A DNA stretch of 64,000 bases, from assembly GCA_002811645.1 (NCBI GenBank), contig PDIP01000006.1, positions 1 through 64,000 of the forward strand, in the 5' to 3' direction. The stretch's first letter is position 1; the number at the start of each line of letters is the position of its first letter. Below, in pieces: positions 22,199 to 33,537 of the stretch. Source of the DNA: Corallochytrium limacisporum Hawaii (Eukaryota; Protista; Pluriformea). The position numbers were made by a program, and so were the translations under genes. The notes below the pieces were generated by a model. It was not told where the DNA came from. It searched no databases and saw only the letters and a list, made by a program, of their open reading frames with translations.

Positions 22199-24514
22199 TT
22201 ATGGCATTCTTTGTCTGTGCATGATCAGTTTAGCACGAACAAGAACCTGGCTATGTGCTGGTTCCTTCATCGGCAACAGTCCCAGCGGTGGTATTGATGA
22301 GTCGTAAATACTCAGTCCTGACACAGCTTTCTGGAACTGTTGGCCCAGGAGCAAACCAATGTCTACGCAGATCCGGTTCATTCTGCCACGATCACCAAAG
22401 CCCGTGGCTCCTTCTTCTACGTAACCGACGTCCGCGTCATTGCCAGTGCGGCAAAAGACAACGACACTGAGGCCCGTAGAGGGCATGTCCGAAACATTCC
22501 CGCCCTCCGACCTTTCGGTTGGGGTGCTCCCCTGGGGAGGGAGAATGGCTGCGCAATGGGCCGTAATAGATTGCTTCAGGGCTGCCGCCAGTCTTGCCCA
22601 GGTCCATTTGCCATCAGTATGCTCAGCGTCCGTGATCAGAATGGTCGCGATAGAAGTAGCCCAAATTCCAGTGGACCATCCAGATAGAGTGATCTCCAAT
22701 GGCCCACACAGAGCAGTGGTCTCGGAGTTTGTGCTTGTAATTGGCTGGTCAACAGCCGTAAGTTCCCACTCAACATTGACATCACGTGGCAATCCTGAGA
22801 CACCCACTCGCATGACAGTCAACTCTGGTGATGATAAATCGTTCTCGTCATCCAGAACATGTTTGTCCTGCTTCCCAATGAAGGTAAGTCGCATTGCTTC
22901 CAGCAATATGCTCTGGGAAACATCCATTAGCTGTGGCACGACATAGCATATAGCAAGGATGGCGCGTGGCTTGGAACAGCCGTGTGCCAGCAGCACCTCC
23001 CGCGCATGTCGCGCGGCAAAAGTGATCTCAGACCACACAAGATCCCTCGCCTGATCATTAGGTGGTTGCTGCCATCGTGGCATTAGAGGAGTCATCGGAA
23101 ATGGAACCAAACCGATCTGTCCTGATGTAAGGTACAGGTTGCCCACACTACGATCCTCAAGGGACCGAGAATCTTCGAGCCGCTGACACTGTGAGTACGG
23201 ACCAATGTTGGCAGGAGCCCAGTGACTATAGGATTGAACATGCATAGCAGAGCGAGAAATCGCATCACGACTGGCCGTAATGAGAACAATGCGGCAGTCT
23301 TCTTCGAGTGTGTTCACCTCTACGCAGGAACGAGAGGGAGGGTTCAAAAGCCCAAAGATGGTCTGATATCGTTGGTTAATGTCCGGAAAATCGGTCATGC
23401 GTTTCAATGTAAGGTGAACGAATACAACATCTCCTCGTATGGCATCTTGAATGTGCTCCAGGATAGCATCCGCCTGTTTCCTCGACGGCTCCAAGGGCAA
23501 GGCAATGTTCCACAAGGAGAGACCACCATGGGTTTTGTGCTCATCTACTGCAACGACACTGCAAGACTCTGACGGTGCATTTCTCGCAAACACCATTCGT
23601 TCATGGAATCTGCTATCTACTGAGATAGAATTGGCCCAGCCCGAAGACAAAGGAGGGGCTTTCCATGTGGTCTGCTGAGCAATGTGTTCCTTGATCTTTT
23701 CCATGAACGCCAACCTCTGTGACTCATCCTGAGGTTTCACTACAGATATTCTCTTGACGACATAGTGAGCAATGGGTGCCATTGGATCCGGCTCCGAGAC
23801 CTTAATCTCTGCTTCATCTATGACCAGCCGCCCTCGACTAAAGATAGGACAATCAAGCACGATGGTCTCATATTCCCCGCCTTCCCCAGCTTCGTGGAAC
23901 CCAAACTGTTCATTTAAGTCAGAAAAGCGTGCAATCGTCTGCAAGGTGGCCACGTTCTTTCCCAGATCGCGATCTGGTCGCAGCCCCATGGATGCACATT
24001 TGGCCATGATGGCATTGATCCCGGCGTCTGCCAACGCCTCAAGCACTCCACGTTGCGAGTACCGCCAAATTGGGGCGATGGATAACAAGCCGAGCCTTGC
24101 ACACACACCTTCAACCCGGACTCGCTGGTAGTCACTGAGGACAGCTCCACTGCACATGGCCTCTATTCCTGTGCTTTCCATGCACTCTTTGACAACCCGG
24201 AAAAGCTCTTCTACTTCGTCACCTTCCACCGGCTTCGCATGGTCGTAGCCCCGATCCCTGTTTCGAGACCCATCCTTCGACAGCGTGCCGCGGAACAAGG
24301 GCACATTCTTGCCGTCCGGTCCAGTTGGGAGACACTGCGGCAGTAGAGTCACTGCCTCATGCCCAATGCTCTGGTACATATATGAATCCACATCGAGGGT
24401 GTCGCCGTCGGGACGCAAATTGATCAGCGCCACAATCTGATGACCAGCCGCAATGCATTGGCACATGGAGTAGACAGAGTCTTTCCCTCCCGATACGAGT
24501 CCTGCTACCCGCAT
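22199..24514 (-). CDS. DPH6: Diphthine--ammonia ligase with C-terminal RidA/YjgF-like domains
   Basis: PP-loop SGGKDS, DSYMYQSIG, SGAVLSDYQRVRVE, GEGGEYET; MHVQSYSHWAPANIGPYSQ and LPRDVNVEW. First ATG at 24514. Confidence 0.93.
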   Translation of the reverse strand: MRVAGLVSGGKDSVYSMCQCIAAGHQIVALINLRPDGDTLDVDSYMYQSIGHEAVTLLPQCLPTGPDGKNVPLFRGTLSKDGSRNRDRGYDHAKPVEGDEVEELFRVVKECMESTGIEAMCSGAVLSDYQRVRVEGVCARLGLLSIAPIWRYSQRGVLEALADAGINAIMAKCASMGLRPDRDLGKNVATLQTIARFSDLNEQFGFHEAGEGGEYETIVLDCPIFSRGRLVIDEAEIKVSEPDPMAPIAHYVVKRISVVKPQDESQRLAFMEKIKEHIAQQTTWKAPPLSSGWANSISVDSRFHERMVFARNAPSESCSVVAVDEHKTHGGLSLWNIALPLEPSRKQADAILEHIQDAIRGDVVFVHLTLKRMTDFPDINQRYQTIFGLLNPPSRSCVEVNTLEEDCRIVLITASRDAISRSAMHVQSYSHWAPANIGPYSQCQRLEDSRSLEDRSVGNLYLTSGQIGLVPFPMTPLMPRWQQPPNDQARDLVWSEITFAARHAREVLLAHGCSKPRAILAICYVVPQLMDVSQSILLEAMRLTFIGKQDKHVLDDENDLSSPELTVMRVGVSGLPRDVNVEWELTAVDQPITSTNSETTALCGPLEITLSGWSTGIWATSIATILITDAEHTDGKWTWARLAAALKQSITAHCAAILPPQGSTPTERSEGGNVSDMPSTGLSVVVFCRTGNDADVGYVEEGATGFGDRGRMNRICVDIGLLLGQQFQKAVSGLSIYDSSIPPLGLLPMKEPAHSQVLVRAKLIMHRQRMP

Positions 24515-24772
24515 ATTTTCTGCTTTCAATTTCTATTACACACCCAAACTTCCAACATGTCTGCCTCAATAGTAAATACGAGGCCAGTCGTCCGACCCCG
24601 ATGGCTTCCAACGAAGTTTACAAACATCTTGAACACTGAAATACCCACGACAGACCCGCTCTTGCGCTGTGCACACGGGGTCCCCGGGCAAATAGGCCCC
24701 CTCCCCACCCACCGGTCTCGCTCCTTGGGTTGTTCGTGGAATACTATACATTCTTTAATAAATTTTTCATAT

Positions 24773-27700
24773 CTAGTTGTCAACATCATTATTGTCCTCG
24801 TTCTCGAAACTGTCGCCGAGATCTTTGAAGGGATCTTGCTTGAGCGTCCATGTGGCGATGCCATTGCGCTTGTCTCGGACGGCAATGAGTTTGAGCATGC
24901 TGCGAAACACGAGCCGATCCTGCACACTGTGTCTGAAGTGTCTCACGAGCTCGTCCGTCGTTGCAGTGCCCTCGCGATCCTGGAGGAAATCTTGAAGCTT
25001 TTGAACGAGGCGCAAATTGGGATCACTGGTGTCATCCTTCAAGTCTCCTCTACTGATGAGACCGTTGCGCTCCCTGAGAGACCGCAGGAGATCGCGCGAC
25101 GACATTGGAACCGCTGGGCGTCCGCCACCCGAAGATGAGCCCGCTCCTCGGATTATGATGGGCGAATTCCGACTGTCACCTAAGCCCTGCCCCGCTCTGG
25201 TGCCTTCGCCAATCCTCTTGTCCGGTGAGAGGCTAGAGATGGGGGATCCAGGACCCTCCGAAGACACCACTGGCGACACCTCACGTTCCGTTGAGGACAT
25301 TGCGCGTGAGTGTCGATTCTTAAATAGGGACACAGGGCGCGTTGAGAGCTTTGGTGACTCTTTACGCGCAAAGCTCGTCTGTTCACGGCTGATGCGCTGT
25401 TGCTGACCAAAACGCTTGCGACCCGATTCTCCTGAAAGTCCGGTCCAAGTCGGTACACTCACATCACTGCGAAGGCATTGACGGCTGGAGAGTTTCAACG
25501 CTGCGGCCGCCTTCTTGGCAGTCATTTCAGCTTCCCTCTCAATAATGGCCGTGTCCCGCTGAGTGGCATCCATGATGCCATCATGATTTACGGCGGAGTG
25601 AATGGCATCACTGCCCGAAAAGAGTTCATTCAGAATGTGATCGTCATCCTTGGAATGTGTTGGGTTTTCCCCAGCCTTCTCGACTACGTCATCGGCCGCA
25701 CTGCTTTCGACGACCTTGCCTTTTACGCCATCAATGTTCTCACCGTCTACCACAGGTGCCTCCATGGTCCTCTTCGCCACTTCGGTGACATTAATGTCGA
25801 CATTCAGGCCAGTACCGGCGAACATGTCAGAAGTCTCCGTCGTGCGGTCCTCATCTTCATTCAGTCGAAAGAGGTCCTTGATGTCACTTGACTTGAAGAA
25901 ACGCCGTTGCTTTGGATCCTTCAAAATCCGATGGGTTAAGTATTGCTTGAAGATCTGTCGGTGATAAATCTTTTCCTCTACGGTCCCAGAAGTGATTAGG
26001 CGATAGATTGTGACTTGTCTCTCCTGTCCAATGCGCCATGCACGCTCACGTGCTTGGGTATCTGTCTGTGGGTTCCAGTCTGGGTCATATATGAGCACCC
26101 GGTCCGCTCCTGTCAGGTTGACTCCCAGACCACCCACGCGAGTTGTGAGCAGGAAGACGAAGTACCGGTCATTCTGATTGAAGCGGTCAATCATGGGCTG
26201 CCGGCTCTTGATACTGACCGTCCCATCCAGTCGCATATATCTATAGGCTTCTCCAGACACGAAAGATTCCAAAATATCGAGCATTTGTCTGGTTTGCGTG
26301 AAGATCAGGACCCGGTGGCCCTGGCTCTTCCATACCCGAAGTAAGGTAGCCACGACCTGTAGCTTCCCGCTACGCTCAATAGCACCATAGTCCAGAGGAG
26401 CGGTCGGTAAGCGGTTGCCGTTGATGTCCAGGTGGCGTAAATCTGCATGGTTACATATCTTTCGGAGCATAGTAATACCATACAACAGATTCAGCTCTCC
26501 TTCCAAGATCTTGCCCACATGTTCTGATTCCAGAAATGAGTTGTAGTCCTCCCGTTGGTGTGGCGTCAGCTTGCAAAAAAGAACCTGTTCATTCTTGCTT
26601 GGGAGATGAATAGCAACATCACTCTTCATGCGTCGAAGGATATAGGGGTGAATGGCATCCCTCAAAACACAGGCGCATCTATAGGCCGTCTGGACCTCAA
26701 CAGACGATGCATTCACATAACCGCCCTGGTTGATTGGTACCGCAAACTCTGTCAAGAACACAGGTAACGTTCCCAGTTTGCCAGGGAACACAAAATCAAA
26801 CAGACACCAAAACTCTTTCAGATTGTTCTGAATCGGGCTGGCAGACACGATAAGTCGGTGAGAGGTCTGAAAGGACTTGCAGGTAATGGTGATGCCTGCA
26901 TCTGGGTTTTTGATCTTATGGCCCTCGTCAAGAACGACGTAGTCCCATTTGATGGGTAGAATGATGTCCTTGAATCTTCGAACAGACTCGTAGGTAGTGA
27001 TGAGAACATCACCTTGCTCGGCAATGGATGCGATCAGATCTTTGCGATCCTCGCCTTTGTATGACCCGCTCACATGGAAAATTGCCACTCTGAACGGAGG
27101 CCACCACTTATGAAACTCGCGTACCCACTGTGACATGACAGTGGCGGGGCACACAATGATCACAGGGCCCAGGCCTCGCGATGATGCGTAGCGGGGGCTA
27201 CCTTGGCGAGAGTACTTGAGGGAGGCTAAAAACGCAATGACCTGCACAGTTTTACCCAAGCCCATTTCGTCACCGACGATGCCTCCGACAGATTGCTGAT
27301 GAAGCTCCCAAAGCCACTTGACACAGACTCTCTGATAATCGAAAAGTTTGTCCCAGATGTCACCAGGCACCTTGAATCGGTTGTCCACGTAGGTGTCCAG
27401 CAATGGGCCTTCTTGATATTCCTCCAAGGTGTCATCATGATCACTGTGCTCCTCTGCGGAATACTCATCACCGCCGTCGGCTCCGGTGGTCATTTCCATT
27501 CGCCGCAGGGTGCGACGTTCTTCTCGACGATTCCAAATCCACTCCTGGAGACGCTTTTTGTAGTCATCTATTGACGCGTCGTCAACGACCAGGGACGCCT
27601 GGAACTCTACCTCTTCCTCTTCGTCGGAGAGCGAGTCCTCTACCTCCTCTGAAAGATAGTGGGTGTCATCTTCAGAATCTTCTGCGTCTGCATCAACTTC

Positions 27701-28447
27701 GTAGACATCGTCATTGTCATCGTCAGCTTCGTTCCTCGTCGAACCGGGAGCTTCGGCCAATTCACTAAGCTTTTCTTTGGCACGAAGAGCGGATTCGCGT
27801 GTGCTGTACGAGACGAATTTTGTCGGGTCGAAATGGCCGTCTTCTTTGCTTCCGTTCCTTTTTTCAACTTTCTTTTTCTTTGAAGACCTTGTTCCTAGAG
27901 ATGCAGTGCGTTTCTTGCTTGGTCTGTTTGGCCTAGGCGATGTGCTTTGGTCTAATGGTGCCCGGTCGCTCTTCTCTTTGCGTGCCTGTTCCAAAAGGGT
28001 TTTTCTTCCCTTGTTTGCTCTCTCGCCATCCAAATTTCTGGCAATACTAACTGGTCCCAGTGGCTTGGTCACATCTCGTGTTGGTGCTTGTTCGACAAGT
28101 CTCTCTTTTCGAGCCACAATGTCGTCTATGTGCGAGTGGTATTTCTCAATCTCACCTTTCAACTGTTTCCGATCCGAATACAGCTGCCTGAGCTTTAAGG
28201 TGTCCCTCTCACTGAGGAAAAGCAACTCTCCAAGCTTCTTAATCTCGTCATTTACCTTACGCAAGCTTTCTTCCTGTTCGTCCAACTTCCTAACGACTTC
28301 TCGATATTCCCGCTTAAGAGCCTTCCGCTCGGCTCGGAGGCCCTCCTCCGCTGCCTTGTGTATGAGACTTTGCTCATAGGCATGCTGGTCAGAGACTCCA
28401 ACACCAAGCTCACGAAGCTCCTGGTCGACCTCGTCGCTGTGATTCAT
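24773..28447 (-). CDS. ERCC6: SNF2-family ATPase CSB/Rad26 (transcription-coupled repair)
   Basis: LFDYQRVCVKWLWEL, GDEMGLGKT, LDEGHKIKN, FDFVFPGKLGTLP, DPDWNPQTDTQARERAWRIGQ, VPTWTG, C-terminal winged-helix-like FRSMLK. Confidence 0.95.
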   Translation of the reverse strand: MNHSDEVDQELRELGVGVSDQHAYEQSLIHKAAEEGLRAERKALKREYREVVRKLDEQEESLRKVNDEIKKLGELLFLSERDTLKLRQLYSDRKQLKGEIEKYHSHIDDIVARKERLVEQAPTRDVTKPLGPVSIARNLDGERANKGRKTLLEQARKEKSDRAPLDQSTSPRPNRPSKKRTASLGTRSSKKKKVEKRNGSKEDGHFDPTKFVSYSTRESALRAKEKLSELAEAPGSTRNEADDDNDDVYEVDADAEDSEDDTHYLSEEVEDSLSDEEEEVEFQASLVVDDASIDDYKKRLQEWIWNRREERRTLRRMEMTTGADGGDEYSAEEHSDHDDTLEEYQEGPLLDTYVDNRFKVPGDIWDKLFDYQRVCVKWLWELHQQSVGGIVGDEMGLGKTVQVIAFLASLKYSRQGSPRYASSRGLGPVIIVCPATVMSQWVREFHKWWPPFRVAIFHVSGSYKGEDRKDLIASIAEQGDVLITTYESVRRFKDIILPIKWDYVVLDEGHKIKNPDAGITITCKSFQTSHRLIVSASPIQNNLKEFWCLFDFVFPGKLGTLPVFLTEFAVPINQGGYVNASSVEVQTAYRCACVLRDAIHPYILRRMKSDVAIHLPSKNEQVLFCKLTPHQREDYNSFLESEHVGKILEGELNLLYGITMLRKICNHADLRHLDINGNRLPTAPLDYGAIERSGKLQVVATLLRVWKSQGHRVLIFTQTRQMLDILESFVSGEAYRYMRLDGTVSIKSRQPMIDRFNQNDRYFVFLLTTRVGGLGVNLTGADRVLIYDPDWNPQTDTQARERAWRIGQERQVTIYRLITSGTVEEKIYHRQIFKQYLTHRILKDPKQRRFFKSSDIKDLFRLNEDEDRTTETSDMFAGTGLNVDINVTEVAKRTMEAPVVDGENIDGVKGKVVESSAADDVVEKAGENPTHSKDDDHILNELFSGSDAIHSAVNHDGIMDATQRDTAIIEREAEMTAKKAAAALKLSSRQCLRSDVSVPTWTGLSGESGRKRFGQQQRISREQTSFARKESPKLSTRPVSLFKNRHSRAMSSTEREVSPVVSSEGPGSPISSLSPDKRIGEGTRAGQGLGDSRNSPIIIRGAGSSSGGGRPAVPMSSRDLLRSLRERNGLISRGDLKDDTSDPNLRLVQKLQDFLQDREGTATTDELVRHFRHSVQDRLVFRSMLKLIAVRDKRNGIATWTLKQDPFKDLGDSFENEDNNDVDN

Positions 28448-29355
28448 GTCTATTAAGGACGCAGGGTGAAGGATTTATTCTTTAGATTATACGAGTATAT
28501 CATGTGGGCCCATCACATTGCGTGACGTTGACGCTCACCATTGCGTGATTGTTCCATTCATCAGTCTGAGCGACGTCAAACAGCCATCTATGCTTACGAA
28601 GAGCAGGGCATTATCATTGCGATCTCCTTCTTCCAGCCACAACTCTTGTACCAGGCCAGCGGACCGTGTCCACACTCCGTGGGGAGCTGTGTCGGTGTGT
28701 GCGTTGCGGGTCCTGAGCTTGGGGGGGCCGGAAGGTGCAAGTGTCAGCGAAGGACTCCAGGGGGTGGGGTGTGGAGATGTATAAAGGGCCCGAATTTTCT
28801 TGGTGAGCCGAAGACCACTGACCGGAACTGGAGAATCCCCCCTCTCGCACTTCTTCTTGGAGGAAAAATTGATCTGCATCCCCCCCCGGGGGCTTGACAA
28901 ATTTGCTTCGGGTATTTGTCAAATCTTTGCGTATACGTAGTCGGCTTGGTAGCCCACAGATTCCGGTATGGCACGGTGGGTGTTGGTAGTAGTGGGTAAC
29001 ATGAGGGAGTGCCACCCCCCCCCCGGGGAGGGGTTGTCAACTCACGATTTGGCAAGAATTGCTTCGGGAAGATCTGTTCAGTTTCATCAGCACACTAACT
29101 TGGAGCTGCCTCTGCGGGGCCAATGGGGGAGAAGTGGGGGCCTTAAGTCACATCATACTCGATGCTTGAATGCTCCAAATGCCCAATGTGAACGGAACAC
29201 CATGTCGTTTCTTACAAAAAAAGCTATTTCAATGGCAGGACAATATTAAGCAAGAAATGGACATCATAAATCCCTAAACCCACTATCTATACCGGGAACA
29301 ACCTGTAACAGCGCCTCTTTTCCACTGTTTCGTTTGGAGTGGGAAAGGTTTCACA

Positions 29356-30447
29356 ATGACCACAGATCCAGCACTGGCCTTCGACTATGACAATAGCGAA
29401 GAATGGAAGGCATTCCTGAACAGGCTGGAGTTTCCAGGAAACCCTACAGAGGCGCAAATCCTGAAGGCAAAGAGAAAATTTTACAAGAGGCATGTCGATC
29501 CCAACTATGAACCTTCTCCAGGGACCGGCTCCACGGATACGGAGATCCGTCAACGTCGCACTGAGGGATCATCGACAACCGAGCCACCAAGGCAAGAGCA
29601 GTCACCAGGTCAAGGGCAGTCACCAAGGCAGGAGCAACCGCAAGCACGTCAAGGGACCACGGAGTCTGGCAGACAGCACACCCATGCAAGGAACGATGAG
29701 AGCGTTTCAATTGGACCTCTAAACACCAGAGTCCTGTACCGCCAATTCAAGGCCGATCCCATGCGGGCCGTGACATTTGCTTGCGACATATGGGTTCTTT
29801 GCAATGCTGCTCTCTTGATTGTCAACCCATTGTTCTCTTTTGCAGAAGGCTTTGAGCTATTCAAGAACTTGATCAAGGGAGCCTTCTTGAACTATCTTAT
29901 CTGTGTCGTTCGGACCCACGGATGGCCGATGTCGCATCCCCAAGGTTTTATGGCCTACCTTGAAGCTGTCAAAGGGGACTTGAACTTCCATTATCTGCTT
30001 TTCTGTTTCGTTTGGCTTATCGGATCGAACAGTACCGTGCTTTTGGCGATTGCACCCCTAGTAATTTTCACGGCCTATGGATTCTCCGGCCACTGCAAGC
30101 GCTACCTGGTGGCTGGGTGGCCGAATGTACATCGTTCGCTGATCCCATACCACGATTGGCTAGCGAGCAAGCAGCAGGAAGCTCTCGGCATTGTGGCGTC
30201 CGTTGAAGTTGCACTTTGTCCTGCCATCCTGCTTTTTGTTCTGTTTGGATACTTTTCAATCCTATTTTCCATTCCCTATTTCCACTTCATGCGATTGAGG
30301 TATCGCTACTCTGCGTTGACGCGTCTTCAGATGCAGCAGCTGGGCCACCATATTGATGGCCTGGCCTACTCCCAGAACTGCCCCGAAATTTTGCGCCGCG
30401 GATGGATGCAGATGCGTAACTGGTTGCGTCGCGCAAGCATTCCCTAA
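29356..30447 (+). CDS. TMEM33/Pom33 (UPF0121)-like membrane protein
   Basis: Multiple TM segments, DLNFHYLLF, YFHFMRLRYRYS...CP pattern. Confidence 0.65.
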   Translation: MTTDPALAFDYDNSEEWKAFLNRLEFPGNPTEAQILKAKRKFYKRHVDPNYEPSPGTGSTDTEIRQRRTEGSSTTEPPRQEQSPGQGQSPRQEQPQARQGTTESGRQHTHARNDESVSIGPLNTRVLYRQFKADPMRAVTFACDIWVLCNAALLIVNPLFSFAEGFELFKNLIKGAFLNYLICVVRTHGWPMSHPQGFMAYLEAVKGDLNFHYLLFCFVWLIGSNSTVLLAIAPLVIFTAYGFSGHCKRYLVAGWPNVHRSLIPYHDWLASKQQEALGIVASVEVALCPAILLFVLFGYFSILFSIPYFHFMRLRYRYSALTRLQMQQLGHHIDGLAYSQNCPEILRRGWMQMRNWLRRASIP

Positions 30448-30576
30448 AGAAACCCTATCATCCCATATATCCATGCGTCATACTTTACCACCTGGTAGAG
30501 GACCTTAGCAGAGAAACTAACAAATATCACTGTATATTCATCGTAGTCTTTAGTATTCGATATGGCCCTGTCGCTC

Positions 30577-33537
30577 TCACTGAATGACACATTTGCCATC
30601 CTTTTCCTTTCCTTCCTTACCTTCCTTGCCGTTGGCCTCCAGTTCCTTCTCCATTCGATCCAGGATGGCCTCGAACGATGGCCGCTTCGTCCGATCATTA
30701 TCCCAACATGCCTCAATGAGAGCCGCGATGGCCTTGTCCTTGACGCGAGAGATAGGGGGACGGTAGCCCTGGTAGGCGGCTTTCCGAGCGATTTCGACAA
30801 TCTCTGGACCGTGGACCCCGCAGAAGGGCTCAATACCGGCAAAGATGTACCAAACGATCAGGGCAAATGAGTATACGTCCGTTTTTTCATCGACAACTTC
30901 TTTACGGAAGCACTCGGGGGACATGTAAATCAGCGAACCAACTCTTTGTGCTCTATGCATATCCTTGTATCCCGACAGACATCCCCGTCGCGCCTTACCA
31001 GTGTCTTTCTCCATAATGAACCCCAAGCCGAAATCTGCAATCTTGATGGTCTGAGCCTTGTCAAACAAAAGATTGGCAGGCTTCAGATCGCGGTGAATCA
31101 CCTGGGGGTTACACTGGTGCAGGAAATTCATACCCAGAAGAATATCCTTCATAAAGCGGAATGCCTGCCTTCTGGGGCAAAGCTTGGCATCGACTGACAA
31201 CTTTTCAAGATACTGGTCCAGAGTACCACCGGGCATGTACTCTTCAATCAAAAGTGGCGGATTCTTCGCAGAGCACGCTCCCAGGAACATCACCAGATTG
31301 GGATGACGCAGAGTGGACATCAACGCGATCTCATTGCGCAAAATGTGCACAAACGTGGCGTTCAGCTTGGCGTTCTCGTTGGCACGCAGTTTCTTGATGG
31401 CAACGTCCAAACCTCTCCATTTCCCTTTAAAAATTTCACCGGCTCCTCCGTAGTCGATCATCTCTCGGATGCTGAGTTGCATGGGATCAACTTCCCATCC
31501 TTCTGATACCCCACGTTCGTACAGATTGTCATTTTCCGCTTCCGCATTGATTGTGTGCGTTGATCCTTCTCCGTCATTTGAAAGGGTGGGATCTGAGAGA
31601 GTCAGACCGTCCGCAGACGGTGGATGGCTCACAAAAGGTGCTTCCTGGACATCCTCCTCGGCTCCATGCCCCATAAGATACTCTTTGACCGCGTTGTGCT
31701 GTCCACTTTGCGCATCGCGTAGTGGTGTACCACCCCAGCGATCCTTGGCATTGATGTCAGCTCCCGCTTCAACCAAAATCTTACAGCAGTCCATGTTGCC
31801 CTCCGCAGCGGCCAAGTGCAATGCCGTCCGACGATCGTAGTCCGGAGCACTGGGATCTACGCCAGCCCTCAGCAGTTCCCTCATCCTAATAGTATCGTTC
31901 TTCGTAGCTGCGATCAGAAGCAAAGCGGACGCATCCATGGAATCGGTTATCTGCCCAAATGACTCTCGCGGGGGGAGCTGGGCACCAACACTCAGAAGGT
32001 AGTCCACCACTGATTGGTGACCACTGCGGATTGCATCGGCAATGGGCGTACCTTTCCATCGATCCTCAGCATCGATGTGTGCACCACGCTCCACGAGCAG
32101 TTTGACGGCATCTAGGTGACCCTCCGAAGCGGCCAAATGAAGGGCAGTCCTGAAATCATAATCACCTCTGTTGACATCGGCTCCAAGGTCCAGTAACATT
32201 GACAAGCGCTTCACGGATCCAGCCGCGGAAGCGGCGCACAATTGCGATGCAAGATTGGAGTCAACATCGTTCTCTCCTTCCGCAGTCTCACGTAAATGTG
32301 GGGTGTCACCGGCCTCAAATGCTTCCTTGGCACCGCATTTAGCTAGGTATTCTGCAACATCAGCAAATCCTGATCTCTTGGCCTCGTTCAGGGGCATAGA
32401 GTTCCATCGGTCCACTGCATTCACATCTGCGCCCTGGCTAACCAAGAATTTTACAGCACCGAGGTTACCCTCCGCGGCCGCCCAATGCAGTGCAGTACGC
32501 CGATCAGAATCACGCACCATCACATCAACATCGTCCAACATTACTTGCATTTGTTCGACATCGTTGCGGACCACAGCTTGGAAATATGCTTCTATGCGCC
32601 CAGCTTGCACGTCAAGGCCCGGATCTGCAGTCTGTCTCATCAATGCACGATCTCGCATGGTGGTGCCTGGCAGCTTGTCAGAACCCTCGTCGTTGACTAC
32701 CGGGCCCGGAGCGGGCATGACATCTTCCAAGTACTTAACTACGGCCTCGTGACCACCTCTGCGAGCGTCATCCAATGGTGTGCCACCCCAGCGATCCTCA
32801 GCCCTCGGGTCCGCACCCTGGATGATGAGATACTTGATCACATTTTCATGTCCTTCAGATGCGGCCAAGTGCAGGGGCGTGCGCCGGTCATAATCATCAA
32901 AGTTGACTCCAATGCCCGCGGTCTCGATGTAGAAACGCAAAGTTTCAAGGTCGCCTTCGTAGGCGGCACGGCACATCTGCGCCGTCAAGTTGACTGGCTC
33001 TTGCTTTGAGGTCGATCTGGCAGACACGGACCGTAGTGAGAGTGAGCTCACTGACAAAGCGTCCTCTACCATTAGACCAGATTTCTTAGTGGAAGAATTC
33101 TGCCGCGACAGCTGCAAAGGCGCCTGGCTTACTACAATTTCCAGTCCCTGGGACTTGAACAAACCCACAATTTCTCCGCGGCGCAGCCGCAGGCAAATAT
33201 CTAGGGGGGACTCACCGTCATCGTTCAGGATGTGAGGGTCCGCACGATTATCGAGCAACAAACGTGCAACTTCCAGCCGACCCTTAAGAGAAGCAATATG
33301 GAGTGCTGTGTTTCCGCTGTAGTCTGACGCCATGACATCTGTACCCGCCTGCAAGAGCCTCGTAATCGCGTCGGTATCTCCCTCAACCACTGCATACAAA
33401 AGCTTCGATACTGCTTCTCGATCTTCGGCCGGTGAACTGAGAACCTTCGGGATCTTGGGTCTATCATCTCCGTTAGGTGTACCACTATTACTGCCATTTG
33501 AGACAGCAAGACCATTAGGTGCCATTTCCTCTGTCAT
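30577..33537 (-). CDS. Multi-ankyrin-repeat TKL/Raf-like Ser/Thr protein kinase with C-terminal CaaX
   Basis: Five ankyrin blocks, most of the DYDxRTxLHxAA...DRWxxTP type; kinase GGAGEIF, VAIKK, HRDLKPAN, DFG, YMSPE; ends KCVIQ*. Confidence 0.92.
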   Translation of the reverse strand: MTEEMAPNGLAVSNGSNSGTPNGDDRPKIPKVLSSPAEDREAVSKLLYAVVEGDTDAITRLLQAGTDVMASDYSGNTALHIASLKGRLEVARLLLDNRADPHILNDDGESPLDICLRLRRGEIVGLFKSQGLEIVVSQAPLQLSRQNSSTKKSGLMVEDALSVSSLSLRSVSARSTSKQEPVNLTAQMCRAAYEGDLETLRFYIETAGIGVNFDDYDRRTPLHLAASEGHENVIKYLIIQGADPRAEDRWGGTPLDDARRGGHEAVVKYLEDVMPAPGPVVNDEGSDKLPGTTMRDRALMRQTADPGLDVQAGRIEAYFQAVVRNDVEQMQVMLDDVDVMVRDSDRRTALHWAAAEGNLGAVKFLVSQGADVNAVDRWNSMPLNEAKRSGFADVAEYLAKCGAKEAFEAGDTPHLRETAEGENDVDSNLASQLCAASAAGSVKRLSMLLDLGADVNRGDYDFRTALHLAASEGHLDAVKLLVERGAHIDAEDRWKGTPIADAIRSGHQSVVDYLLSVGAQLPPRESFGQITDSMDASALLLIAATKNDTIRMRELLRAGVDPSAPDYDRRTALHLAAAEGNMDCCKILVEAGADINAKDRWGGTPLRDAQSGQHNAVKEYLMGHGAEEDVQEAPFVSHPPSADGLTLSDPTLSNDGEGSTHTINAEAENDNLYERGVSEGWEVDPMQLSIREMIDYGGAGEIFKGKWRGLDVAIKKLRANENAKLNATFVHILRNEIALMSTLRHPNLVMFLGACSAKNPPLLIEEYMPGGTLDQYLEKLSVDAKLCPRRQAFRFMKDILLGMNFLHQCNPQVIHRDLKPANLLFDKAQTIKIADFGLGFIMEKDTGKARRGCLSGYKDMHRAQRVGSLIYMSPECFRKEVVDEKTDVYSFALIVWYIFAGIEPFCGVHGPEIVEIARKAAYQGYRPPISRVKDKAIAALIEACWDNDRTKRPSFEAILDRMEKELEANGKEGKEGKEKDGKCVIQ

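Noticed and set aside
24440-25138. ORFs spanning the DPH6-ERCC6 gap
   Set aside because: Overlap both genes, mostly non-ATG starts, no recognisable motifs
28516-28548. Twice-repeated CATTGCGTGA upstream of ERCC6
   Set aside because: Two 10-bp copies only; plausible factor site but no independent support
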